NCBI RefSeq assembly: GCF_001194135.2
Contig: NC_068997.1
Span: 30,346,528 to 30,410,527 of the forward strand
Direction: 5' to 3'
Length of the DNA: 64,000 nucleotides
Source of the DNA: Octopus bimaculoides
Taxonomy: Eukaryota
Positions 36,780 to 49,453 of this stretch are shown here, in pieces. A model generated the notes under the pieces. That model saw only the letters and a list, made by a program, of their open reading frames with translations. It searched no databases and was not told where the DNA came from. The stretch's first letter is position 1, and each line of letters begins with the position of its first letter. The position numbers were made by a program, and so were the translations under genes.

Positions 36780-37110
36780 ATCATCATGATTATCATCATC
36801 TAACATCCATGCTCCATGCATGCATGGGTAGGACACTTGATAGGAGCTGGCCAGGTAGAAGAGTACCCCAGATTACTGTGTCTGTTTTGGCAGGGTTTTT
36901 ATGGATGGATGCCCTTCCTAACACCAACCACTCTGCAGAATGAGCTGAGTGCTTTTTACATGGCAGCAGTACAGGCGAGGTCAGATTTGGCATTATTTTT
37001 ACAGCCCTTCCAAATGCCAACCACTTTACAGTGTAGACTGGATGCATTTTATATGGCCCCAGCACCGGCAGGGGCAGCAAGACAAGGAATTTTGAGAGGG
37101 GTAGGATCAT
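36780..37110 (-). mobile_element. RTE-tail SINE/LINE 3' end
   Basis: (CAT)n and TAACATCCATGCTCCATGC tail shared with 29324 and 55320. Confidence 0.7.
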
Positions 37111-37889
37111 TGAAGGAGGAGATCTTGTGTCAGATGATGAAAGGTTAGAGTGTGACTGAGATACAGAGAGACAAAAACATGTGTTGTGCTATAAAGGAGG
37201 TATTTGGTAACACAGCTAGGGGAAGTGAGGAAAGAAGAGAAAGAGAGGGAAAAGAAGGGATGGGGAAGACACGGGGAGAAGGAGAGAAAGATGTACAAGA
37301 AAAAAGACAGAAACTGGTGCGCTGTAGTAAAGAAGATACTTGATTATCTAGCCTGAGGGAAAAACAGGGGAGAGAGAGAGAGATCAAGAATGAGGGCAGA
37401 AATAGGTGTGCTGTTGTAGAGGAGATACATGGCTACCCAATTAGAGGGAAGAGTAAAGGAAAGAAAGAAAGAGACAGAAATTGGGAAACAGCAAAAGTGC
37501 AAGAGAGAGCAGGATTGAGATGCTGGTGAAGTGCCAGGGTATACTCACAAGTAACAAGGATCAGAACATAGATTTGAAGAGAGAGTAAGAGAGAGGTACA
37601 GGGGTCAAATTAGATGTGGTCAGGTATTGCTAGAAAGTGCAAATAGGGAGTGGGGATTGCAGAGACTTGCAAAAACCTGGATATTAAGATGGGGTGGGAG
37701 AAAGCAACGATACAGTGAGCAGGGTAGTGAGGGCAGGATTGGGGAGTTGGAGACAATCATAGTGTATGAAGAGGAAATGTGAGGAAGAGAAAGATGCAGT
37801 TTAGAAGAGGAGATGTAGTTCAGTTTCTTGGGGTAGGGTGTGTGAAAAGTTCATTGTTACATGTGGGTGGGACACAATGCTTCTAGCAC

Positions 37890-38460
37890 TCAGTTTTGTT
37901 GACGTGGATGGTCTTCTCTGGAACCTCATGTCACCAAACTTCTTGGTCCATTGTTATTTCCTCTCTGAGTACTAACATCCTTAGATCAGTCCTCACCACT
38001 TCATCCCATGCCTTCCTGGGTCTCTCTCTTCCACAAGTACCATCCACTTTCAATGACAGGCATTTCTGTATACAGCTGTCTTCACACATATGCATCACAT
38101 ATCCTGACCAGTGCATTTTTCTTTCCTGTATGCCACATTTAATGCTTCTTATACCTAACTTTTCTCTCAACACAGTTGTGCTTTGTTAGTCATGCACACT
38201 GATGTTGCAAATTCGATGGAGTATACTACCTTCATTCCTCTCCAGTCTATGCATGTCCTCTGCATTCAGAGCCCATGTCTCCCTACGATGGAGTATAGCC
38301 ACTCATGCACAAGCATCATACAATATACCTTTCAGTCCCTGAGAGACAGAGTCCTTTTGTTGCCAAAAGAGATAGCAGTTCTCTGAACTTCTTCCATCCT
38401 ATTCTTATTCTAGAAACAATACTTCCAGAGCATTCACCACCTTTACTAATTTGGTCACTA
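37890..38460 (-). mobile_element. RTE LINE C-terminal fragment
   Basis: LREKLGIRSIKCGIQERKMHWSGYVMHM...GRERPRKAWDEVVR. Confidence 0.8.
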
Positions 38461-38599
38461 TTTTAATGTAGTTACTTGTCACCAATTATTATAGTATCGC
38501 TACTATCATTGACGATATTTGGGTGAATTTTGGGAAGTACACCCACACAATTTTCACCAAGAAAAAAAGAAGAAAAAACCCCTCAGATTTGTTTGACTT

Positions 38600-41230
38600 A
38601 TGAGACCTCCCCTTAAGTCTGTTCTGTAAAAATATAGGTGGCTGTCCCAATAGTAAATATAACTCAGCAGCTGAATTGAAAGAAAAATTGAAAATCTTGT
38701 TTCCTGAAATGCTGTCGGATAAATTAGGTCTCTGTTCTAAGATTGAGGCTTGTTTTCAAATAAAGGAAAACATTGTACCTGTATACAAACCTGATAGAAA
38801 GGTACCATTTGCTGCGATAAAGGAGGTATAGGAAGAATTAGACAGACTGGAAAAATTAGGAATTATTCAAAAAGTAGGTTATCCTAAGTGGGCAGCACCA
38901 ACGGTTGTATTAAAAGAAAATAACAAAATCAAGGTGTGTGCTGATTTTTCTACTGGTTTGAATGACTGTCTAAAAATGTGCCACTATTCACTGCCTATTC
39001 CGGAGGATACTTTTGCAAAATTAAATGGTGGAGGAGTGCTCAAAGCTTCTAACAGTGAATACGCAAAGAGGACTATACAAATATAAAAACTTGCCCTTTG
39101 CTCTGGAGGTCACACCAGTAATATTTCAACAGGTTATGAATGCGATGCTGGCAGACTGTTCCATACCTCGATGATGTATTAATTAAAACAGAATCTCGTG
39201 ATCAGCATATCGAACATATGAAGTGTGTTTTAAAAACATATTAATGTTTCACACTCAGTGAGGAGAAATGGGAATTCTTTTTGCCTAAAATTAAATATTT
39301 AAAACAAATTATAGATAAAAATGGAAGACCACCTGACCCATCGAGGGCAGATGCAATAAGAAATATGCTTCCACAAACATAGCGACACTATAAGCTTTTC
39401 GGTGGTTCATGTGTCACATGCTCTGATTGCAGAAGAAGAAACTACCATCAGATAGAGAAAGAAGCTCTGGTAATTATTTTTGCTGTGAAGAAATTTCACA
39501 GATTTCTCCACAGCAGAACATTTTGTCTTCAGATGGACCACCAACCGTTACTATCATTTTTGGATTGACAGCAAACATATTACAACATTAGGGTACAATA
39601 TTGTTAAATTACAACTTTTAGATGGAATGCATTCCTTCTAAAAAAATTAGTCATGCGGATTGTTTATCTAGGCTAATTTCAAAGAATGCAGAACTGCTGG
39701 AAGATAGGGTGATAGCTTTATTACAATCAGAAAAAGAAATTAAAAACGTTGTGTAATGTCATTCAGGAGTTGCCAGTAACTGTGCAAGATATCAAAAGTA
39801 AATCAGCTGAGAATAAATACATCATAAAAATGAAAGAAACCTTGAAAAATAACCAAAGGAGAAACATATGAATCATTTTTCACTCTGCACTGATATATGA
39901 ATGTATGCACAAAGATTGGTAGCACCAATTGCACAACAGACATGGATATTAGATAAATTTCATAATGGACACCCAAGGATACCAAGAATGAAAGCTTTGA
40001 TGAGGAGTTACATGTACTGGCCGACAATAAACTGCGACAAAAAATTTGGTAAAATCATGTAGAGGATGGATAGTCCGTGGTCCAGGGTACATATAGACTA
40101 TGCTGGACCAGTGAATGGCACGTACTACTTGATTGTTGCTGACATATTTACCAAGTGGCCTGAAGTATGTAGGTGCAATCAACCTACCTCAAAGGCAATA
40201 ATAAAGCTCCTGCACAAATTTTTGCTCCATACGGTGTTCCAGACATCATAGTATCAGACAATGGGACACAATTTACAGGATGCAAGTTTAAGAAGTTCTG
40301 CAAAATGCATGCAGTCAAGCAAATGTTTACCCAACTCTACCATGTCGAATGGACAAGCAGAATGATTTGTAGATACTTTCAAGAGTGCGTTAAGAAAAAG
40401 CAAGGAACAAGCTAGGAAATGACGAAGTGCTAACTAAATTCATAAGGGTATATAGAATAGCACCCAATCCAAATACCACTTCAGGCAAGTCGCCTGCAGA
40501 GCTAATGTTCACTTGTAAGATTAAGTTGAGCTTTGACAAATTGTTGCCAATGGAAAAAACATATAGGGAAAAAACAAAAATTTCAACCAAACATTTTGAT
40601 GTCGGAGACAAAGTTTATTTTAAAGTATACAAGAATGATAAAGAGAGTTGGCAGGATAGTGTAGTGACTAAAAGAATTGGGGAAAATGATGTATTTAATA
40701 AAAAGCCAATGATGGGAGCATAAAAGACACCTAAATCAATTAAAAACCAGACATACAGAAGAAAGAAAAGAAATTCCAATGGAGGCGTTTTATGACATGT
40801 TTGATGTGCCAGCACTGAAAGAGTTTGAGCCTAGAAGGAGATGTAACAGAAAGCAAAAATAGACTGAAAATTTACAAATAATTTCTAAACGGAAAAGGCG
40901 CTGAACTCTCTAGGGAATCAAAATCTCGAAAAGGGAGGGGTGTTGGAGAGAAAAATATACACGAAATTTTGTTTCCTACAAAAGTCGAAATCTCAAAGGG
41001 GAGATGTGGCGAGACACCCCCAGTGTAAATAAACTTGATTCAATAACTTTAAATAGTAGTGGTCTGAATGAGAGAGAGATAATAGGTGTTAATCACAGTG
41101 AAATCATAATGTATTGTTTGGATAATTTGTCGGAATATTATTGGTCGGTTCGTGTATAGTTCCTGAAGAGTTTGTTGGATTGTTATATTGTGTTATCCTG
41201 CTTTGTTATATGTTTATTCTTACTGCACAG
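38600..41230 (+). mobile_element. Gypsy LTR retrotransposon, decayed pol, PPT and 3' LTR
   Basis: RT N-terminus (VPFA...ELDRLEKLGII...WAAP, ADFSTGLN), RNase H ([15 protein letters not shown]), integrase (WSRVHIDYAGP, VSDNGTQF), PPT AAAAGGGAGGGG, then TG at 40941. Confidence 0.92.
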
Positions 41231-41887
41231 TTATAGTGTAAAACAACCATTTAGAAAAACAAAACCTCAGATTTTTTGTGTGGAATCAAGTACCCTGATC
41301 TCCAAATGTGCCGCAAACCCCTTATTTTTGTTTGGAAAAAAGGGCAAGTGCGAAACTGGACCCCTGCCTCCTGGGATCATTAAAACATTTTTTTTTCTTG
41401 AATGAATTATGGTAACCTCCTAATATGCCACAAAACCATTTTTTTGTCAGGAAAACAGAGTAGAGTGGGGGGTGGATCCCTCGGAAATTTCACACATCCC
41501 CACTCCTCCCCCACTGGGAAGTACACTCACATGATTTTCACTAATAAAAAAGATAAACTCAGATTTTTTGCATGGAATCAAGTACCTTGACCTCTTACTG
41601 TGCTGCAAACCTCTTATTTTTGCTTGGAAATGCATGTCTTCTGCATCTAGAGCTCATGCCACACTACCATGGAGTATAGCCACTTGTGCACAAGCATTTC
41701 TCTCTACATGTCCCAATACAACCTTACCTTATCTGTAAATCTCATTATTTTCAGATCCTTATTTCAAGTTCTTCTTTGGTCTGCTTCCAGCAGACTACCC
41801 CTAAGCTGTAAACTTCTCATTTTTTAAACATTGAATCCAAAGAGAACAAAAATGGTTCTGATTAAATGATTTTGAGGCAATATTTAC

Positions 41888-42016
41888 CTGGTGTATTTCT
41901 TCTGTAAGTATTCCAATCACCCACACAATAAGAAGCCATTCTAGATAAAAAATCTGAGGTTTCAGTTCAACAAGTAACACATAGCTATAGATTCCAAGGA
42001 AAATTATATGAAATAT
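41888..42016 (-). CDS. TRPM: TRPM-family channel, gene 2: S1-S2 exon
   Basis: Minus strand ttttctcttccAG...CAG|GTAAAT; 129 nt, phase 0/0. It reads IFHIIFLGIYSYVLLVELKPQIFYLEWLLIVWVIGILTEEIHQ, matching the TRPM SYVLL...EW....WV....EEI.Q pattern. Confidence 0.92.
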
Positions 42017-42781
42017 CTGGAAGAGAAAAAGAATTTGAGGAAAATTAAATTTATTGTCACAAGGATTTGATGACAAATACTTGATTATATTTAAACAAAG
42101 GGAACACATGGGAGAAGATTAAAAATTGAAAACCCATTTTTATTTTCTCTCATGTGTTCTTTTTATATCTGTTGTGTTTAAATGTAAAGAATGAACTAGA
42201 AGTGTGTAAGTAAATTTGTCAAAATCTATGCTTTGAGCATATGTAAATGTGAATACGTGCGTGTATAGTTGCGCAATAAATCATATGCATGCATGTGTAT
42301 GAATGGGTAGGCATTCTTTTATATGTATGTGTATAAGTGTATGGGTGTCTGCCTGTCATCACAATACTGTGCATGTGTGTATGTGTGTATATGTGTTTGT
42401 GGTTATGTGCTTCATTATATTTATGCATATGTATATGTGTGTACACTTGTGACTGTAAGCATGTGGGATGAGTATCTGTGCATATGTATATGCATGAGTG
42501 ACTGTGTATGTAATATGTGTATATATATATCAGTACATATGTGCGTGCCTATATCAATAGTTTCAAAAATATTTCCAAGAATGTACTTCCTATCCACTTA
42601 GACATAATTGTGTTCTTAAGAAGGTTGTTTAAAAATCTTGATGTAAGTTCAAATCTCCAGCATGGCATCTTGGGCAAGTATCTGCTACTGTAGCCTCAGA
42701 GTGGCCAAAGCAGGGTGAATAAATTTCATGCCTTGAGGAAGAAAAAAGTTTTAACATTTCAAACCTTTCTCCCTTTTTACA

Positions 42782-42887
<106 letters not shown>

Positions 42888-43179
42888 TTATATCTTGTTG
42901 TTTAGGTTCATATTTGCTAATGAGGATACAAATAAAAGAGATGACAAACAACTGGAACATTCTTTGTTGAAGCCTAAAGAGAAGCTGTTAACTTCTTATG
43001 AGGAGAAGTGAAGGATGGAGTTTAGTATATGAGAACCCAGGAAGGAACAGAAATTGTGTTTCTACACTTCCAAGCATTAAAATGCTGCAAAAACAGAATT
43101 ATCAAAATAGCAATTCAAAATTTTAAAACTTTAACAAAGACAGTGAAATAATAATAATTTCAAATTTTGGCAAAAGGCC

Positions 43180-43590
43180 AGCAATTTCAGGGATGGGTAA
43201 ATCAATTGCATCAAATGACCTCGGTGCTCAACTGGTACTTATTTTATCACCCTCAAAAGGATTAAATATAAAGTCAATCTTTGGCTGAATCTGAACTTGG
43301 AAAATAAAGCTGGAAGAAATACTGCTAAGAATTTTACCTGGTGCAGTTATTATTTTGTAGGCTCACTACTTTAGACAGTTAATTAGTATTAATTTCTTAG
43401 TGAGAAACCAAGGATCAAATTTTAGAGGATAGTGTATTCATTAAAATCAACACTGGCATTTAACTGATACCTTATTGTTCTGACCCAGATGGATGAAGAG
43501 CAAAGTTAATCTCAGGAAAATCTGAATTTAGAACCAAGAAAGGCTGGAACTAAATACCTTAGAGTATTGTGTCTGATTCTCAACTAATTT
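43180..43590 (-). mobile_element. Two decayed SINE copies (same family as 11250-11505)
   Basis: AACTGGTACTTATTTTATCACCC...AAAGTCAATCT...CTGAACTT body repeated twice. Confidence 0.65.
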
Positions 43591-43859
43591 TATCAAATAT
43601 TAAATACAAATTAACTTATTTGAATATGCTAATATTTCACTGAAGTTTAATATCTGAAATAACTGCTCAAAATATTAAGTCCTCAAATGCAAACCTAGTT
43701 CATCTAGTTTTAAAAGTGTTATACACAAGAAGTGAGAAACTGGAAGAAGAAATCAAGTACTTTAGTGTTTTAAAAGAGGAAATGTTTCTTAAAATTTATT
43801 TGAAAGGAACATTTACTCTCACAAAGAAACATTTTAAATATTAACATGTAGGTACATAC

Positions 43860-43938
43860 CAAACTGATCCAAAACTTTATGACAGGAGTACTATAGAACA
43901 GCATACATTTTCTGAACATTAGCCATAGCTTGGAACAT
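43860..43938 (-). CDS. TRPM: TRPM gene 2: pre-S1 exon
   Basis: Minus strand attttaatctAG...TTG|GTATGT. It reads CSKLWLMFRKCMLFYSTPVIKFWISL (TRPM FY.APVVKFW motif) and joins 42016 in phase 0. Confidence 0.9.
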
Positions 43939-44049
43939 CTAGATTAAAATTAGAATCATTTGTATTACTAATTAATAATAAATTTTAATTATTTTAAAAA
44001 TTTCTATCTTCTAATCATAAAATATACAATTGCAACATGAAAACCATCT

Positions 44050-44560
44050 CCAACAGAAAATCAGGTAACTAAAACCATCCTATTGGGTAAGTCTCTTCAC
44101 ATCATTGATGCAACCAAAGCCCATAGCCTGAAGGTATCCAAGTACTGCAGCACATTCAAGCAATATAGACTATAACACCTGGAAAATCTCATTCAATTTC
44201 ACTAATTAGAGCAGATTATGCCCATCACAGTAACAATCTCTTGCAGCACATATCAGATCATAACCTAGATAAGTCTAGCAGTACCATATCTACTCTTGTG
44301 TGGATATACACTCTGGCAGTTAGTTTGTTTGCCATTCTTTCAAGTGCAGCCCCAAAAATAATGAATAACAACGTTGGAGTGAGTACACAGCCTTGCTTTA
44401 CACTGTGGGTGACTGGAAAGTGGGATGAGTTGTCACTCCAAACAGAGAATGTGGTAAACATACTATATGAACCCACTTGAATATCTCCACAAATACATTT
44501 GGACACCCATATCTTTTGAGAATGGTTTATAAGCTTTGCTTTCTACATGGTTGAAAACCT
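44050..44560 (-). mobile_element. RTE (BovB-like) RT fragment
   Basis: FPVTHSVKQGCVLTPTLLF...VYIHTRVD..LLDLSRL. Confidence 0.75.
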
Positions 44561-44609
44561 TCAAAAATTTAAAAAAGATATTGTATATGTGTATATATAT
44601 TATGCATGT

Positions 44610-44644
<35 letters not shown>

Positions 44645-45252
44645 TCTGTGTTCAGGCATCTTGCGTGTGTGTGCATTGCATGTGCTTTTCGAAGTGAATA
44701 CTCTGTGTTGTATGAAAATGCAGAGAAATACGAAGTGGGAGAGGGGTGATAAGAGTTAAAGGCTAAGAGTATTAGTGTGTGAATACATGTATATGTGAAT
44801 GTGTGTGGGAGTGTGCATGATGGTGTATGATGTGGGGAATGAGTGGAACAGTGTGCAGGGATGGTCATTTAATGGTGACCGTGTTGAGGATGTTGGAGAG
44901 ATTGTGTGGGAGTGTGCAAGGTGTCATGCAGTGTGGGTAATGTTCAAATGTTTACTCTTCATAAAAGTATTGGGGAAATATGAGCTTGAATACAAACAAA
45001 ATTAGAGTAATATACTAAATCAAATTTTCAAACAGTGTGTGGGGAATGCCAAAGGATAATTAATTTATAAGACACAATAAAAGTTGAAAGGGACGATTTA
45101 AATATACAGACGTTGACTTTGTTATGATGTTCTATTGAGATTGCCCACTTCTGGTATACTCATTTAATAACTCTCTAATCACCAACAGGTAATTCAGATA
45201 TTTCTCCTCAAACAACTTCTATGACTCTCTTTACAAAGCGCTTCACATACCA

Positions 45253-48200
45253 CACCATATATTTCTTTTATTTCGCCACTCACGGTTCAACATAGAGGGG
45301 ATATCACAAGGTCAGACAAATTAACATATAGTGCGATGACAGTGTGATGATAAATATAATGAAATCGAATAAAAATTCTAACAAAATTGAGTAAATAATT
45401 AAAGATATACTTTCTATCATTGGGTTGGTTTACCCACTGCCGTTATTCGGTGTATCCCCTTTTGTCACAGGATGGCTGCAGTTACACATTTCCATTCACT
45501 CACAACTTTCTTAACATGTTCGTCCACCTTTTACCAAACATACTATGTGATAAGTATCACTTCTCCAGCCAGATTTTACTTTTGAGATGATAGTTAAAAT
45601 AACTGACCAACCCCCAGCCGGAGATGAAGGTACCTGAAGCGATCTCTTTTACACATATTTTCCACACTGTCGCTTTCAGCATGGCCACTATGCAGAGAAA
45701 ACAGGCCCTCCTCTTCCCCTTCAGGGAGGTGGGCAGCACGATCTTAATGATAGATTCAGCTGGTAACTACTCTTTCTGTTATTGGTAACAGCTGCTTGAT
45801 ATAGGGTATCACTTCCCTAATCACGTACACTGCACAGTTTCACTGCCCTGCCCGCAACTTTGACAGGTCAGTGAGATGGCACAACCATGCCTTGATAACC
45901 TCTCTTGAACAACTAAGGCCGATCGGTAACACAACCAGACGGGGGATTTCTGGTAATCATCCTGATACTCTGGCCTGAAGGTTCTTTTGAACAGGCTGGT
46001 TAACTGATTTCCATCCAAGTCTAAAGTCGTCTGATTTGAACTCAACTAACCCGCTATAGAAGTCCGTGGTGAAACTCCAGCTGCCAGTATTGCCTGCCCG
46101 GGAGAGTAGCATGAGTGCATGTTGGCACTCTAGCTGCAAGTCACCTAGTCTGGGTCACCGCCTGATCTAAGGACCTAACTTCCAAGGGGAGGTTAGTTAA
46201 GGAAAGAAGATGTTTGTGAGCGGTGACCACACCGGCTCACCATCTAGGTTGAACCAGAGGTGACCAAGCCTTAGCGCAAACTTGCACATCTTCAGCCACA
46301 GTCTCCCTAGCCCGCCCTTTAATAGCTCTTGATGGCAGACAGTGCGCCTTACAAGTGGTGCCTTCTTCCATAAAAAGCGGAAGAGGAGTTGCTCCATCTT
46401 GCTCAGCTACGAATCGGGGCAAGGCTCGATGGTCAGATGGTAGATGCTGACAGATGCTATGTACATCTGCATTACCTCCACCCTCACTAGCAGTGATAAC
46501 GTCCTTCCAGACCAAATCTTGTCCAGATCAAACCAGACCCCTAACATCTTAACTGGACCTTCCGTCCAACGTCCCACGATGCTATTAGATGGCTTCGACT
46601 TGCCCCTCCAGGTGCCGAGTTATAAGCCGACTGACTTAACCTGGTTAATTTTTGTTCCTGCCACCACTTCGTATCTTCTGAAGGCGTTTACTACACAAGG
46701 TAGCTGCCCTTCATCCGACACGATGACGGTGATATTATCTGCATATACTGACGCAGTTCTTCCACAGTTCAGATCATGCAAGATTCCCCCCTAAAGTCTC
46801 CAACCTTCGCAGCAATGGCTCAAGAGCCAACACATGCAAAAGCAGAGACGGGAACATCGAACAAAGCACTCAATGTCAAATAGTTTTGAATAGAAACCGT
46901 TCACCCAGATGATGGACTTGATGTTGCTGTACAAACAGTGATCCAGCTTCGGAAAGTCAGGCCCAGCCTGTCTACCCCGCGGACCGCTGCCAGGTACCGA
47001 TGGTCAACCTTATTGAATACTTTAGACTGGTCTAAATATACCAGTGGCCTACCTTTGCCCGAAATTTTACTCACCCGCTCTAAAGTGTAGCGTATGAAGT
47101 GGAGGTTGTCGTGTATCATCCTGCTGGGGATGGTGCATATTTGCACATCCCCAACAAGACTATCCATGACCCGTGCCAACCTCTTTGCTAGCACCTTGGC
47201 CAAAATCTTTAACTCTGTGTTTAACAGAGTTATGGGCCTAAAGTTACAAATAATGTTCCCCTTGCTTGAGTCCTTTCTGATCAGTGTCACCACCCCCGGC
47301 TCACAACTTTGGGGATTTTTCCAGTATCCTGCAAGTTGGAATAGACTCTGGCCTGTAGGTGATTGAACAAGTCTGGCATAGTTTTGAAAAACTCGTAAGG
47401 TAGACCATCAAGTCCCGACAACCTGTCTTGTGGAGAGACATTCTGCCATGACTTCCTCAGCTGTGATCGCTCCTTCACAGTACCCATCCTTTTGTGCTGA
47501 GAGACATGGGCTCAACGTGATCCAGCGCTTCACTCCCCCCGAACAACTCGGCAAAATACTTGCAAAAGACCACTTGTATCTCATCTTATCCTTCGGTCAA
47601 ACGCTTCTGTTCATTGATGAAAAATCCAATTGTGGTATCATTGCTATGTTGGGTCTCTACTATGCGGGCCCACCTAGCAATGTTAATTCCCTCTCAGCTC
47701 AATGCACGTATTCTAATTTGAACTCTGCATTCCTCATGTTTGGCTTTTTTAATCAGCAAATGAGGGATTGTTCTCAATGTTATTAAATTACCCTCCTTCT
47801 TGTTCTTCTCCCTCTCCTCGTTGGTCTCTGGCGATGGGTCAATCAATTTTGGCATGTCACTTAGCTTGTGAATGCCCTCCAGCCTCCTGTCCTTCAGTTG
47901 TTTGTACAGTTTTTCGTCTATGTGGGCACAGCCTGTTCCTCTAAATGACTTTGTCATATGGTGCTTACTTACTATTTCATGTATACAGATGTCTTTTATG
48001 TCATAGTTTATTAGTACCATTCTGTCCGTGGGGTCAAGAGGCAGAGATTAAAATAATCTTTGTTTGAAATGCTCCGCTTTTTTATGGGTCCATTTTTTGT
48101 TGGGGCTTGGGGTTGGGAGGGAGTTGGGGACACAGTGTTTCTCCTTGCCCGTTTCCGGGAGATAATCTGAAATTCCCCCTCCTGTTCGACGACCTCCATG

Positions 48201-49434
48201 CCATCACTAGGAGTGGGAATTTTATCCATATTCTCTTGTACAGCAATCTTCTCCACTGGTTTTCCCACTGACTTCTGCTTTGGTTTCTTCTCTTTCTTCT
48301 TTTTTTTGCCTTCTTCCTTGTTTGTTGTCAAGAGGTGCCTCTGTGTTGGGAGGGTGACATTCTACTCGCAAGTTGCCCTTCTACCCACACTTAAAACAGC
48401 ATGCCTTCCTCCCTTTGAATTGTACTTTTAAAACAATGTCCTCTCCAGCCAACATCCTGTCTGGTATCTTTTCCAGATATTCAGGTATTGCCTGTATCAC
48501 AATCTCAATAGTGTGCCCGAACCATTTGGGAGTTGGGGCAGAATGGGTGATTTGTAGTATGGAGACTTTTTCTTCTCTCAAATAACATAGGCCCACCACC
48601 ATACAGGTGGCGTCCAACTCCAACTTCAATTTTTATCCAGGACGTTCTACGTCCTAGCTATGATGGTAGAAGTACCACCTCGTTAGTTTTCAAAGTCAGC
48701 ACCAAGTGCTGTCTTGCTCTTTCTGCGGTTTCAAATCTCACCTCAATTGAGGCGAACTTCCTGCCTTGGGCCACATAAGTCACATGTTTCCACACCGGCC
48801 CAAGGCATTTCTCAATTTTTTCCTTTGCTATGTTGGAAATTTTCTTCTTTACCACATCATATGTCTTGTATATGATGATCTTGTTCCGCGTTTATGTGGT
48901 TATGTCGCTTATGGAGATGGACATCACCTCCGTCTCCATCCATTGACAACATACCATAGAATGTTTGGTATTCGGAACGCATAATATCCAATTTTTCTTT
49001 TTGCACACTGGCCACTGCAGAAAAATTTTTAATACCATGATCGCTTGTGGCATTTTCCTCGCGAGCCATACGCTCCTTTACGATTTCCACATTTGGAATC
49101 AACATTTTCAAATAAACACAGAATTTCTCACAAAGTGACAAACGAGAAATTGTTTAAACAAATTCTCCCAAAGAAGAACTTAAAAGTTCAAGGATTCAAT
49201 CCCTTCCCTCATAGGGTGAAGGATACAATTCAAAAAGTTTAAACAAGTTTCAATAACAATGTTCTTTCCCCCCGTAATGCAACAAATTTCAACAACGGCC
49301 TGCCAAGCAGGTGACAATTTTTAACAAACTACAATCACAAACAACAATACACAAGAGGTTCAACAACAATTTTAACAATACATACGCAAATAAAAACACA
49401 GCGCACTGTACCTTACAATTCTTACGTCAAACTT
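45253..49434 (-). mobile_element. Tx1-like element, decayed (5'UTR, ORF1, RT, zinc knuckle, 3'UTR; no APE recognised)
   Basis: ORF1 pieces at 48000-49141 (IEVRFETAE; CCFKCG). RT motifs NFRPITLLNTELKILAKVLA, LDQSKVF and AYADNITV. It ends CCCCTCTATGTTG...AATAAAAGAAATA. Confidence 0.88.
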
Positions 49435-49453
49435 GCACATATCATACTGCACC

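Noticed and set aside
42906-43011. + strand exon-like segment [34 protein letters not shown]
   Set aside because: It has a weak acceptor after an (AG)n tract, no motif, is on the wrong strand for gene 2, and is not needed because 43860 joins 42016 in frame.
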